Shown here piece by piece: positions 16,690 to 26,088 of a stretch of DNA of 64,000 nucleotides. The position numbers and the translations under genes are program-made. The stretch spans positions 10,257 to 74,256 of the IMG/VR virus record IMGVR_UViG_3300001919_000035, one strand, 5' to 3'. The DNA comes from a virus. Taxonomy: Duplodnaviria > Caudoviricetes. How positions within the stretch are numbered: the stretch's first letter is position 1; every line of letters begins with the position of its first letter. The notes under the pieces are model-generated. The model saw nothing but the letters and a program-made list of their open reading frames with translations, was not told the origin of the DNA and did not search any database.

Positions 16690-18910
16690 CGTCAGGTCAA
16701 ACGAGTATATACCTGTAATAAGATGATATACCGTGGTATTGTAGCTGTACACGTTAAAAGCAATAAGACAGCGTATATTTTATTTCGATAAGTCTGATCA
16801 ACTTATGGTATAATATAGACAAAAGATACAGGATAGGAGAATATGATAACAGCTACCACTGTGATTCAAAAGGTACTATGATAACTTACTATAGAGTTTT
16901 ATCTTTTTACTCTAGAAAAAGTAGTAAGATAGTAGGCAAGCGTGCAATCCTACCTGCAATATATTGAGAACCGATTGGTGAATATATTAGTACAGAAAAG
17001 ACGCGATCTAGCTCAAGAAGAGACGAAGACAAACAATGCATGGAGTAAACCTAAGTAGGAAGATATTAGCAACATCAACTGAAATCTCCATAAGAATCCG
17101 TAGGTACAATCATGTACGGCATCAAATAAGGACGAAAAAGGTTTAACTTATATTATATCCAAAGTAATATAAGGCTGATAAAAAAGAACTGACTAACGTT
17201 CTCGATGGGTCCAAACTATCGTTAAAAATAGCTACTCTAGTGTTCCATACTACAGTTATTACTGCTTTGTATTACAGTAATAAGGATCTAGACAACATGA
17301 CATCTGGCTAAGTCATGGAAGTATGTTTGAAAAGAGTGTTTAACTACCAAGAAATTAATAGACGATAACTGAAAGCTGAGTGGCTATGTCCCATTAATTA
17401 ACTAAAAGAGGTAACGGACTTTTATAAATTAATGACAGGTTATCCGGAGCAGGAGCCAATCCTGTGCTTGAGAGAGCTTATTAAAATGTTCATCTAGCCT
17501 TGCAACCTAGATTAAATAGTTTTAGTAAGGGGGTACTCCAGGTGCTGGGTTAAAGTCTATATAGGAGTGATTACTATGTCTTCTAAGATTCGTTCCAGAG
17601 GATTAAGAAAAGTACGGTATTAAACAAAAGTGACCGAGTTTTGTGTTTGCAATACATTAGTATTGAAGAGTTATGTCACTATAAGTCATGGAAACAAACA
17701 CACGGAAGTAAAAGCGCCGAAAAGACTACTACAAACTATTGAGATATTGTAGCGAAATATAAGAGTACGAATAAATGGAATTCTACCGCCAAAGAAACAA
17801 AGGTGTAGTAAATTTAGTTTAAGCTTTCTTTGATAGATATAACGAAAGTGGGGCTAGGAAATAGTCAATGGGTTAAATTCAAGGCTTACCAACAATAAGT
17901 GCTACTGAACTTACCATGGTTTATCACTGACCCGAGAGTTAACGAGACTCTTAAACAAAAGCGTTAATTAACATGTCTAACTTACGTAGGCCAAAAAGCC
18001 GAATAAATATAATCTGTGGAAGTCCTCGCTAGGGAAACTGACTGCGACCACAGCTTGGCGAATGCGATTGCTTAGTAGTATCAGAGTATAATGCGCAACA
18101 TTATATGTTCGAGAGAAAGCGTCTCATTGAAGCTTATAGACCTTTAAGAGTGAACTGAATAAGGAAACATTACTTATAGACCTGTCATAAGCAAGAGTAA
18201 GTGAGAAAAGGTGAAAGTCCTTAATCTTCAACCAAGTAAAATAAACAAAATCCTAGTCATGGTTACGTTGGCATCCCTGTACTTAGTAATAAGTATTATA
18301 TGGCGTAAGAGGTAGGTATTAGTGAATAACTATATGAAACCTATAAGTTGTTAAAAGCAACAAATACAACGATGGAAATTCCGTTTGTAACCTTGCAGTT
18401 GGTAACGTTTCTGTATAAAACGACCGGACATAACTACTTGCCCGATAGACAGTATAAAATCATTAGTAAAGATCTAACGTGATTTAAGTAGGTCAATCTG
18501 CTTAATATCTACTATATTAGTAAGAGTTGCAAACTACGTTCTCTTTATTAGTTAGTCCTGAGAAACCAGGAAACCTAGGTGATTTATACGGATCTTCTAT
18601 AATAGAGATTATAGAATATGGAATACAACATTAAACCAGTACTATGCCCATCGATGGGTCTCATTAGCCCTGGTCACAATGCGGTAGATAGTTCCAAAAT
18701 GAAGAGGAAGTTAATAATAGTTATCTAGTAAACTTAAGATCCTGTCTCGATCGAAAAGGAGTCTATATAGTCAGTAGACATAATAGCAAGAACAATAGAT
18801 ATTATTAAAACAATCTTAATATAGCAAGTTTAACGCTTACTTCTGAGCTTTGCATTGAATTGCATACGACCGTGGTTTTAACCTACCTGATATAAGATGA
18901 TGGTAAATCG
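16690..18910 (+). ncRNA. Candidate very large structured ncRNA, ~2.2 kb (strand and ends uncertain)
   Basis: No ORF of 60 aa or more on either strand in the track; dense helices and GNRA-type loops; putative long-range kissing loop; near-direct repeat at both ends. Confidence 0.55.
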
Positions 18911-18985
18911 TACAGAAACAAGTATAGAAGGAGCATTATTTTTTATTTTATTAATTTTATTAACAATTAAAACTTATCAAAAGAA

Positions 18986-19543
18986 ATGGCAACAATTAAA
19001 TATGACAGAAAGGTAGCATCACAGCTTGGTGCATTGTTAGGTATGAATCTTATTATGATCGAACGGAAAAATGTTGATCCAGATTACTCTAACAAAGAAA
19101 GAGATGGTAAACAGCGGTTGGCTAACGAAATTTATATATACGGTATCCGGCGCATACGAATTAAACAAGCTAATTTGGTTGACCTTGAAGAAGGTAAACA
19201 GATTGTACAGTTCAATGAAGATCCGAAGTTGCAGCTGGAATTAGCTGATGCTAAAGATATCAGTGATATCATTAAGAAACCGACTGTACAGGAAATCATT
19301 ACAGCTATCTCAAGTAATGCTGTAGGTCTGCCTAAATATTTTGTCGATGATGTGACATGTACTGAATTGGTTTGTTCATTCAACCAACGCTCTCGGAAAG
19401 AGATCAGTAACATGATGGAGTACCTGTCTAAGCAGGCTTCTTGTCTGGATGATGCAAATCGTATCATGCAGGATGCATGTAGAGCAGAAATGGCTACACT
19501 TGGCCAGTCTGTAGATTTTAAACCCATTAACTTAGGAGACTAA
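18986..19543 (+). CDS. Hypothetical protein
   Basis: 185-aa ORF with TTATCAAAA leader. Confidence 0.8.
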   Translation: MATIKYDRKVASQLGALLGMNLIMIERKNVDPDYSNKERDGKQRLANEIYIYGIRRIRIKQANLVDLEEGKQIVQFNEDPKLQLELADAKDISDIIKKPTVQEIITAISSNAVGLPKYFVDDVTCTELVCSFNQRSRKEISNMMEYLSKQASCLDDANRIMQDACRAEMATLGQSVDFKPINLGD

Positions 19544-19545
19544 GC

Positions 19546-20058
19546 ATGACTGAACTCAACAAGTCTTCGAAACTAAATTTAGAGCGAATACTTGCAGATG
19601 AGGATATACGTAATTCATTACTTTATAACGGTAAAAAGCCAAAAACTTTTAGTTTAGGCGACGACGGCTCTCTTACTTTAGGAGAAACTGGTTTAGGATG
19701 GTGGAACCGGTTTATAGGCTGTCAAAAAGTATTAAGTTTTATTGAACTTGTTACTCACCTTATCAATTTTATGGCAGGTGGAAAAAATCGTAATGATATT
19801 GCTTTAGATGGCATGTATCAAGATTTCATTAACTTTACATTGAAAATGGAAGATAAGAACAGGATGGTAGATATCTTATTGACCTCTTATTTGTATGGTT
19901 ATAAAGAAATACAGAAGGCGGGTGGTACACCTTCTTCAAAAACATTAGTACAAGCTATTCAAACTGAAAATATTCGCGAACTTGATGGCGTCGCGCTTTT
20001 AACAGCAGATGGCCCTGTGATCTTAAGAAAAGATATTACTTTTCAACGTATTCGTTAA
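19546..20058 (+). CDS. Hypothetical protein
   Basis: 170-aa ORF. Confidence 0.75.
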   Translation: MTELNKSSKLNLERILADEDIRNSLLYNGKKPKTFSLGDDGSLTLGETGLGWWNRFIGCQKVLSFIELVTHLINFMAGGKNRNDIALDGMYQDFINFTLKMEDKNRMVDILLTSYLYGYKEIQKAGGTPSSKTLVQAIQTENIRELDGVALLTADGPVILRKDITFQRIR

Positions 20059-20332
20059 ATAGGTTATTTTAAGTTGTTTTGAACTAGGAAGGTATAATAA
20101 CAATAATAAATAAGTTATTTAATTATAAAAAACATAATATAAAGACTTAGGAAGGTTAGTCTTTATAATGGCTGTGATACGGTATCTGTAGTGGATACTA
20201 AGTGACGGAAAGCTCTGAGAATAAGAAGGAGATGTCATATCGAGATGAACACAGCCTCTCGTTTCTATATATATTGGACGCATTATCAAAATGTTTCTCC
20301 GTATAAATTATTAACTAAAAAATTAAATTTAT

Positions 20333-21649
20333 ATGGTAAAAACTTTCGAAAACTTAGCAGAATATGCCAAAAAATTGCTTATCGAAAATAATGAAGGTAT
20401 AAAACAGGAAGATATTATTGTTACTATGTATAGTGATATTGATGATATCTTTAAAGCTATTACACAATCAGGCATAGGTTATATTGACACATACGGTGAT
20501 AAAGAAATACCATTAGTACGGTATAACATTACTAAAGATTATGATGCTATACGAGAAGATAAGAAAGTTCAGATGGACAAAAAAGACTTATCTTCATGTT
20601 GTCAGGGTATCAAAGCTTTTCACTGTGATGGTAAAACTTTCTTTCAATTGAAACTTATTAACGAAAGTGAAGTAGAAGAAAATTGTTATTCAGTATATGT
20701 CTTTACTGAAGACATATATAATACTGTAGCTAAATATGCAGCAGAAGTAGACGTTGTAAAAGAAACAAACGTACCAAAGAATGGTGTGTATAAGGCTCAG
20801 TTAAAGAAAACAATGTTCGGTTCTTTTATGGAATATGAAGAAGTAAAAGATATTCAGAGCAATCCGGCTATACATCAGTGTAAGGAAGAATTGATGAAGA
20901 ATACTGAGTTCTTCTTTGATAATATTTCTTTGTTCTCTAAATTCAATCAGAAACCGTTACGTAAATTCTTGTTGTGTGGAGAACCTGGTACAGGAAAGAC
21001 TTCTATTTGTTATGATGTAGCTAAGAAATACTCTCATGAAATTCCGGTTGTATTTGTAACCGAATTTGAAGATATGGCAGCGCATATTGCCGCTTGTGGT
21101 GAAATAAACCGTCGAACTATCGTAATCTTTGAAGATTGTGAAGCTAGTTTACGTTTCTCTGGAGGAAACTCTAAGATTCTAAACTTTTTGGATGGTATTG
21201 ATCGACCGAATATTGAAGATGGTGCAATCGTTATGATGACAACAAATCATCCAGAACGAATTGAAGCACGTATTACAAAGCGTCCGGGTCGAATTGATAA
21301 AATATTCTACGTAGATGCATTACAAGGAAAGTATGCATATGACGTATTCAACCTGTATTTTGGAGAATTTATGAAAGAAAACAACTTTGATGCAACAACA
21401 GATACTGCTAAAGAAGCTATTGAAATTATTGCATCTGGAATGACTGGAGCTCAGGTTAAAGAGCTGTTTAACAGTTATGTATGTTATATGGTATCTGAAA
21501 ATAAAAAGTTTAGTCTTACTGATGTACATGAAGTGAAAGTAGAACTATTCAAAGCATTTAAAGATATCGATAGTACTTATTCTTCATTAGATAATAATTC
21601 TTTTGATGAATTAAGTGTTAAACTTTCTAAAGTACTAAGTCGAAATTAA
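20333..21649 (+). CDS. Classical-clade AAA+ ATPase
   Basis: Walker A GEPGTGKT, Walker B IVIFEDCE, second region of homology TTNHPERIEARITKRPGRIDK. Confidence 0.85.
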   Translation: MVKTFENLAEYAKKLLIENNEGIKQEDIIVTMYSDIDDIFKAITQSGIGYIDTYGDKEIPLVRYNITKDYDAIREDKKVQMDKKDLSSCCQGIKAFHCDGKTFFQLKLINESEVEENCYSVYVFTEDIYNTVAKYAAEVDVVKETNVPKNGVYKAQLKKTMFGSFMEYEEVKDIQSNPAIHQCKEELMKNTEFFFDNISLFSKFNQKPLRKFLLCGEPGTGKTSICYDVAKKYSHEIPVVFVTEFEDMAAHIAACGEINRRTIVIFEDCEASLRFSGGNSKILNFLDGIDRPNIEDGAIVMMTTNHPERIEARITKRPGRIDKIFYVDALQGKYAYDVFNLYFGEFMKENNFDATTDTAKEAIEIIASGMTGAQVKELFNSYVCYMVSENKKFSLTDVHEVKVELFKAFKDIDSTYSSLDNNSFDELSVKLSKVLSRN

Positions 21650-21733
21650 GGTTATGGGGCATTGAATTGCCCCATAGTCACACTGGGAGTTGATGCGAAA
21701 TCGTAGTATTAATCATAAAAAATCAAAATTAAT

Positions 21734-22267
21734 ATGACAACAGCATCAGCAAATAATATCATTGATAAACGTGATAATCTTTCTACAGAAATAACTCGTG
21801 GTTGGAACATTATAAAGTCAGAAAATGTAGTATTTCGTGGTTATAAGCGAAATTATGACATGAAAAAGCAGCTTGAAAACATTATAGATATGTGTAAAGA
21901 GCGTATCGAAGTAAAGTTGCAGATTATGGCTATTAACTTAGGTTTAGATGATGTAAATGATCTGCCTAAAGATAATATCTATCCTTCAATTCTTGAATTA
22001 AGTGAATTGAAAGAAATAGATCGCCATTTAGGCTATGTTCCTACTCTAGACCCTGCTATAGTTAAAAAGTATGGCAAGAAAAAGATGAAGAAAACAGAAG
22101 TATTAACACGAGGTTTCATTTCAAACCTGCGCGGTAATTTAAATATTCGTATTAATGCTCTTAATAAAGAGCTTAAAGATTATAATGACAATCATTCGCT
22201 GAAGAATACTCAGCGTAAGAATGCTAAAGTAATCGATATGAGTTTCAAAGATAAAGCTGCAGCATAA
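21734..22267 (+). CDS. Hypothetical protein ending KDKAAA*
   Basis: 177-aa ORF. Confidence 0.75.
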   Translation: MTTASANNIIDKRDNLSTEITRGWNIIKSENVVFRGYKRNYDMKKQLENIIDMCKERIEVKLQIMAINLGLDDVNDLPKDNIYPSILELSELKEIDRHLGYVPTLDPAIVKKYGKKKMKKTEVLTRGFISNLRGNLNIRINALNKELKDYNDNHSLKNTQRKNAKVIDMSFKDKAAA

Positions 22268-22277
22268 AAAATAGGTA

Positions 22278-22349
22278 GTGTGTATAATTCAACTGGAAGA
22301 AATGATTCTTACGAGACTCTATATACAGGTTCGAGTCCTGTTACACACA
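22278..22349 (+). tRNA. tRNA-Arg(ACG)-like with a 6-nt anticodon loop
   Basis: Acceptor GTGTGTA/TACACAC plus A, D-loop with GGA (A20), stem GATTC/GACTC (one mismatch) with loop TTACGA, T-arm ACAGG-TTCGAGT-CCTGT. Confidence 0.6.
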
Positions 22350-22401
22350 CAAATCCGTTACATAAACATTTTACAAAATTATCAAAATTAAAAGTAAAGT
22401 C

Positions 22402-23250
22402 ATGAAAACTATATTCAACCAAGAAAAAAGAGAAGAACTAGCTAAAAAAGCTAAAGAAGAGGGCGTTACATTGAAAGAAATGATACGTCGTACTCGAGAC
22501 GAAGAAAGAAGTGTTAAAAAGGCTTCTAAGTTATCTAATCAGAAAAGATTAGCAGTGTTCAAAAAGCATCACTTAGATGCTGAACGAGAGCTTGTAAAGA
22601 AACACGAAAGTGCAGAAGTTCGTTTTGAGAAGATTATCAACGATAAAATCTTAGCACTTAATCAGTTTGCTAAGCAAAAAGGCTTAAGTAAAGAGGATTC
22701 TCAATATCAGGAAGCTAAGAAATTGATTGAAAATCACGATAAGCGAGAGAAAATGCTCGCAGAACGCAGAGCAAATCGTAAAGCAAAGAGAGAAAACAAT
22801 GCAGCTAAAGTAAGTAAAGAGGCTGAGGCTGCATTGAAACATTTTCTCAAATCTGAAGCTAAGCGAAAAGCAAAGCAGGAGGAGAAACGTTCAAAGTATG
22901 CCGGTAAAAAAGTGAAGGTCGCTCCTCGTCCTATAGAAGGACAAAATACAAGAGCTACCGATTTGAAGAAGTACTATATAGTGTATGAAAGATTCAGTGA
23001 TGATCGCTCTCAGCAATTTGACTCGGAGCCAATAGTTATTAACTGTTCTTCCACTAAATTGCACAAAAGATTAGCCGAGTTTCACAAGAAACACGCTGAG
23101 CAATTTGGAGATAACTATATAGGAACTTATGTATATAATGAAGAAACTTGCAATCATTGTATACTTGAGTCTATTAACTCGAAATATTACAATATTGACG
23201 GTTATTTGACAAGTCGCATAGCTGCTCAAAGGGCAGCTGCAGCTGCATAA
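22402..23250 (+). CDS. Basic coiled-coil protein ending RAAAAA*
   Basis: 282-aa K/R/E-rich ORF. Confidence 0.8.
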   Translation: MKTIFNQEKREELAKKAKEEGVTLKEMIRRTRDEERSVKKASKLSNQKRLAVFKKHHLDAERELVKKHESAEVRFEKIINDKILALNQFAKQKGLSKEDSQYQEAKKLIENHDKREKMLAERRANRKAKRENNAAKVSKEAEAALKHFLKSEAKRKAKQEEKRSKYAGKKVKVAPRPIEGQNTRATDLKKYYIVYERFSDDRSQQFDSEPIVINCSSTKLHKRLAEFHKKHAEQFGDNYIGTYVYNEETCNHCILESINSKYYNIDGYLTSRIAAQRAAAAA

Positions 23251-23284
23251 GCAAGTACAGGGGTGCGTCTGTAACGCACAACAC

Positions 23285-23356
23285 AGCGGGATGGCGCAAT
23301 GGCAGCGCGTCGGTTTCACGAGCCGGAGGTTGATAGTTCGAATCTGTCTCCCGCAA
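23285..23356 (+). tRNA. Initiator (fMet)-type tRNA body with CAC anticodon
   Basis: A1xA72 mismatch, GCGGGA/TCCCGC acceptor, stem TCGGT/GCCGG, loop TTCACGA, AGGTT variable loop, A73; colinear with bacterial tRNA-fMet. Confidence 0.8.
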
Positions 23357-23358
23357 CG

Positions 23359-23391
23359 GTCAGAAGCATAGAGGTTCGATTCCTCTTGGCA
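23359..23391 (+). ncRNA. Short tRNA-like T-arm element
   Basis: GTCA/TGGC plus AGAGG-TTCGATT-CCTCT. Confidence 0.35.
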
Positions 23392-23393
23392 AA

Positions 23394-23491
23394 GGATAAC
23401 TAATAAGCTTGATAAACTTATACATGGAACTATATGACTGAATTTGTACGGTAGATGCACATATAGGGTTGTTCGATTCAACAGTTATCCA
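23394..23491 (+). ncRNA. tRNA-like RNA, 98 nt
   Basis: GGATAACT/AGTTATCC plus A, T-arm GTTG-TTCGATT-CAAC (12 stacked bp in total). Confidence 0.55.
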
Positions 23492-23508
23492 CTATAATAA
23501 CCACAGCT

Positions 23509-25458
23509 ATGAAAATTAGAAACAAACCAGTATTAGTATACGATATTGAGGTATTTCAAAACATATTTCATTGTGCAGTGAAGAACACTGAGACAAATGA
23601 AATACACAAATTTGAAATTTCTAAACGTAAAAATCAACTATCTGAATTAGTTTCTTTCTTTCAACAATTTGATAACAGGGAAGGCTCATGGAATGAGTCC
23701 TATACCACAGATTATCAATTTGATACAAAAGTAATATTTGCAGGATATAATAATATTCATTTTGATAATCCTATAGTAAACTATATGATAGATTACTATT
23801 ACAGGTTATCTAAATTATCTTACGATAAAGTTTGTGAAAGCTTATATAACATGAGTAAGATAATAATAACTAGTAAGGATGGTCAAGAAGATCAATGGAA
23901 GAAGTGGAAATATCAACAATGGTTTGAATCATTTGATATTCTTACTATGCTTTATTCTACTCAACTTAGAGTAGGATTAAAGGAAATGCAAGTAACTATG
24001 CAATATCCAAATGTACAAGAATTTGTATATGATTGGAGTAAACCTTTACCAGAAGATCTATTTGAAGAAATGATTCAGTATAATATAAATGATATTGAAT
24101 CTACTGCAGAATTATTAGAAAGATGCAAAAAAGAAGTTGATTTACGAATAGCAATTGAAGATGAATATGGTGTAAGAGTCCTAAGTAAAGATGGCGTTAA
24201 TATTGGCATGAAAATTATTACCCAGAAATATCTTGAAAAGACTCATCAAACATGGTGGCAAATACGTGATTTACGTTCTCCAATGAATATGATTCCATTG
24301 AAAGATGTAATATTACCGTTTATTAAGTATAAATCTCCTATTTTAAATAAAATGCTTGAAGAAATGAAACAACAAATAGTTTCTCCAGGTAGAAAAGGAT
24401 ATGAGTATAAATTTATATTTAATAATTTACGCTACTCTGTAGGAGTTGGTGGAATACACTCTGTCAATGATCCTGAAATAATTATACCAAAAGAAGATGA
24501 AATGCTTATAGATATAGACGTTGCTTCTCTATATCCAAGTATGCTAATACAATACAAGTTTTATCCTAAACATTTAGGACCAGAGTTTCTTGAAGTTTAT
24601 TCTCAAATTAGAGAAGAACGTTTAGAAGCAAAAAGAAACGGGAACAAAGTAAAAAATGAAACTTTGAAACTTGCGTTAAATGGTTTAAGTGGTAATTTAC
24701 AAAATGAACATAATTTTTGTTATAGTCCATTTGCAGTAATGCAAATTAGGATTAACGGGCAACTATTGTTACTTATGTTAGCTGAATCTCTATCAGAATT
24801 AGGATGTAGAATAGTACAGGCTAATACTGATGGTTTATTTGTCTTACTTAAGAAAGATAAGTATAAACAAGTAAAAGAAGTTTGTACTTCTTGGGAACAA
24901 CTAACAAAACTTGAGCTTGAAGAAGAACGTTTTGAAGCTATGTATCAATTTGCAATCAATGATTATATTGCAATTAAAGAAGGATACAAAGAAACTAAAG
25001 ACGATAACCTTATTAAGAAAAAAGGTATGTTTATTACAGATGTATTACTAGGAAAAGGTCTTAATCCAAAAATTATACCTGAAGCAGTAATAAGATATTT
25101 TGCTGATGGAATTCCAGTAAAAGATACTATAAACAACTGTAAAGATATACGTAAATTCTTACAAGCTGAAAAAACTGGTAAACAATGGACTGTAGAATAT
25201 AACAATAAAGTACAGCAAAGAATCAATAGATTTTATGTTAGTACAGATGGTTTATATTTATGGAAGTGGAAAGAAAATAATGGTATAAAAGAATATCAGA
25301 ATATGCTTAAAGGTTATGGAGTAACAATTCATAATAAACTAACTCCAGATAAACCAATTGAAGAGTATAATATTAATTATGCTTACTACATACTACAGGC
25401 AACAAAGATTATTAATCAGTTGAAACCACAACAGTTAAGTCTATGGGACTTCTCATAA
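23509..25458 (+). CDS. DNA polymerase family B
   Basis: Exo I YDIEVF, motif A DIDVASLYPS, motif B KLALNGLSG, motif C ANTDG. Confidence 0.95.
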   Translation: MKIRNKPVLVYDIEVFQNIFHCAVKNTETNEIHKFEISKRKNQLSELVSFFQQFDNREGSWNESYTTDYQFDTKVIFAGYNNIHFDNPIVNYMIDYYYRLSKLSYDKVCESLYNMSKIIITSKDGQEDQWKKWKYQQWFESFDILTMLYSTQLRVGLKEMQVTMQYPNVQEFVYDWSKPLPEDLFEEMIQYNINDIESTAELLERCKKEVDLRIAIEDEYGVRVLSKDGVNIGMKIITQKYLEKTHQTWWQIRDLRSPMNMIPLKDVILPFIKYKSPILNKMLEEMKQQIVSPGRKGYEYKFIFNNLRYSVGVGGIHSVNDPEIIIPKEDEMLIDIDVASLYPSMLIQYKFYPKHLGPEFLEVYSQIREERLEAKRNGNKVKNETLKLALNGLSGNLQNEHNFCYSPFAVMQIRINGQLLLLMLAESLSELGCRIVQANTDGLFVLLKKDKYKQVKEVCTSWEQLTKLELEEERFEAMYQFAINDYIAIKEGYKETKDDNLIKKKGMFITDVLLGKGLNPKIIPEAVIRYFADGIPVKDTINNCKDIRKFLQAEKTGKQWTVEYNNKVQQRINRFYVSTDGLYLWKWKENNGIKEYQNMLKGYGVTIHNKLTPDKPIEEYNINYAYYILQATKIINQLKPQQLSLWDFS

Positions 25459-25518
25459 ATTAACAAAGACTTTCAGAATCTAAAATCATAGACTTCCTTT
25501 TAACGAAAGAGAGAAGAT

Positions 25519-26088
25519 ATGGTATTAGAACTAAATACAGAATTGCTTGATAAAATCAAGCCGTTAACTATTAATCAGTTAGTATTTTTAAATCTTGTAT
25601 TAGACGGAAATCAAAAAAATATCAATGACGTCTTGCTACTCATCAGTCTGGTAAGCGAGGCAGAAATACAAGATTTAATTGATCGAGACTTCATAATAAA
25701 AGAAACCGAGCTAGGCTCAGTAACTTATAGCCCTAGTAACGGACTTTTGGAACTTGTCAAAAGAAAGGTTACTATGTTTGATGAGTTTTATGAAGCATAT
25801 CCGCAAGTTGTCATTCGACCAGATGGTACTAAAAGCTTTTTAAGAGCAAATAAGAACAATTGTCGTAGAAGATATAATTCAATAGTAGGAAAGAGTACAG
25901 CAGCACACCAACATCTCATGGAATGCTTGAAATTTCAATTGAATGAATATGCTATGACTGGTCGTATGGGTTATATGAAAACAATGTGGAAATGGCTTAC
26001 CCAATGTGAATGGGAAGCACTCGACGAGCAAATGAAAGAAAGTGTTGAATCTGAAAAAGTGAATACTTATGGAACAACACTTATGTAA
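25519..26088 (+). CDS. Replication-associated protein (possible wHTH / helicase loader)
   Basis: Position before DnaB; FDEFYEAYP...WLTQCEWE pattern. Confidence 0.6.
   Translation: MVLELNTELLDKIKPLTINQLVFLNLVLDGNQKNINDVLLLISLVSEAEIQDLIDRDFIIKETELGSVTYSPSNGLLELVKRKVTMFDEFYEAYPQVVIRPDGTKSFLRANKNNCRRRYNSIVGKSTAAHQHLMECLKFQLNEYAMTGRMGYMKTMWKWLTQCEWEALDEQMKESVESEKVNTYGTTLM

Noticed and set aside
18010-18072. HDV/theta-like ribozyme (TCCTCGCT and GGCGAATG motifs)
   Set aside because: P3 cannot form (AAG/AGG) and no P1/P2 nesting is found; a simple CTGTGG/CCACAG hairpin explains the segment.
17185-18779. Group I intron P7 (GACTA / TAGTC) or group II domain V
   Set aside because: There is no bulged G-binding site, no convincing P4-P6 and no interrupted exons; both strands sit in hairpin loops, so a kissing loop fits better. 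No 34-nt domain V was found.
16680-18985. Hidden recoded protein gene in the ORF-free block
   Set aside because: All three stop types appear frequently by inspection, and there is no codon-like periodicity as in the flanking genes.
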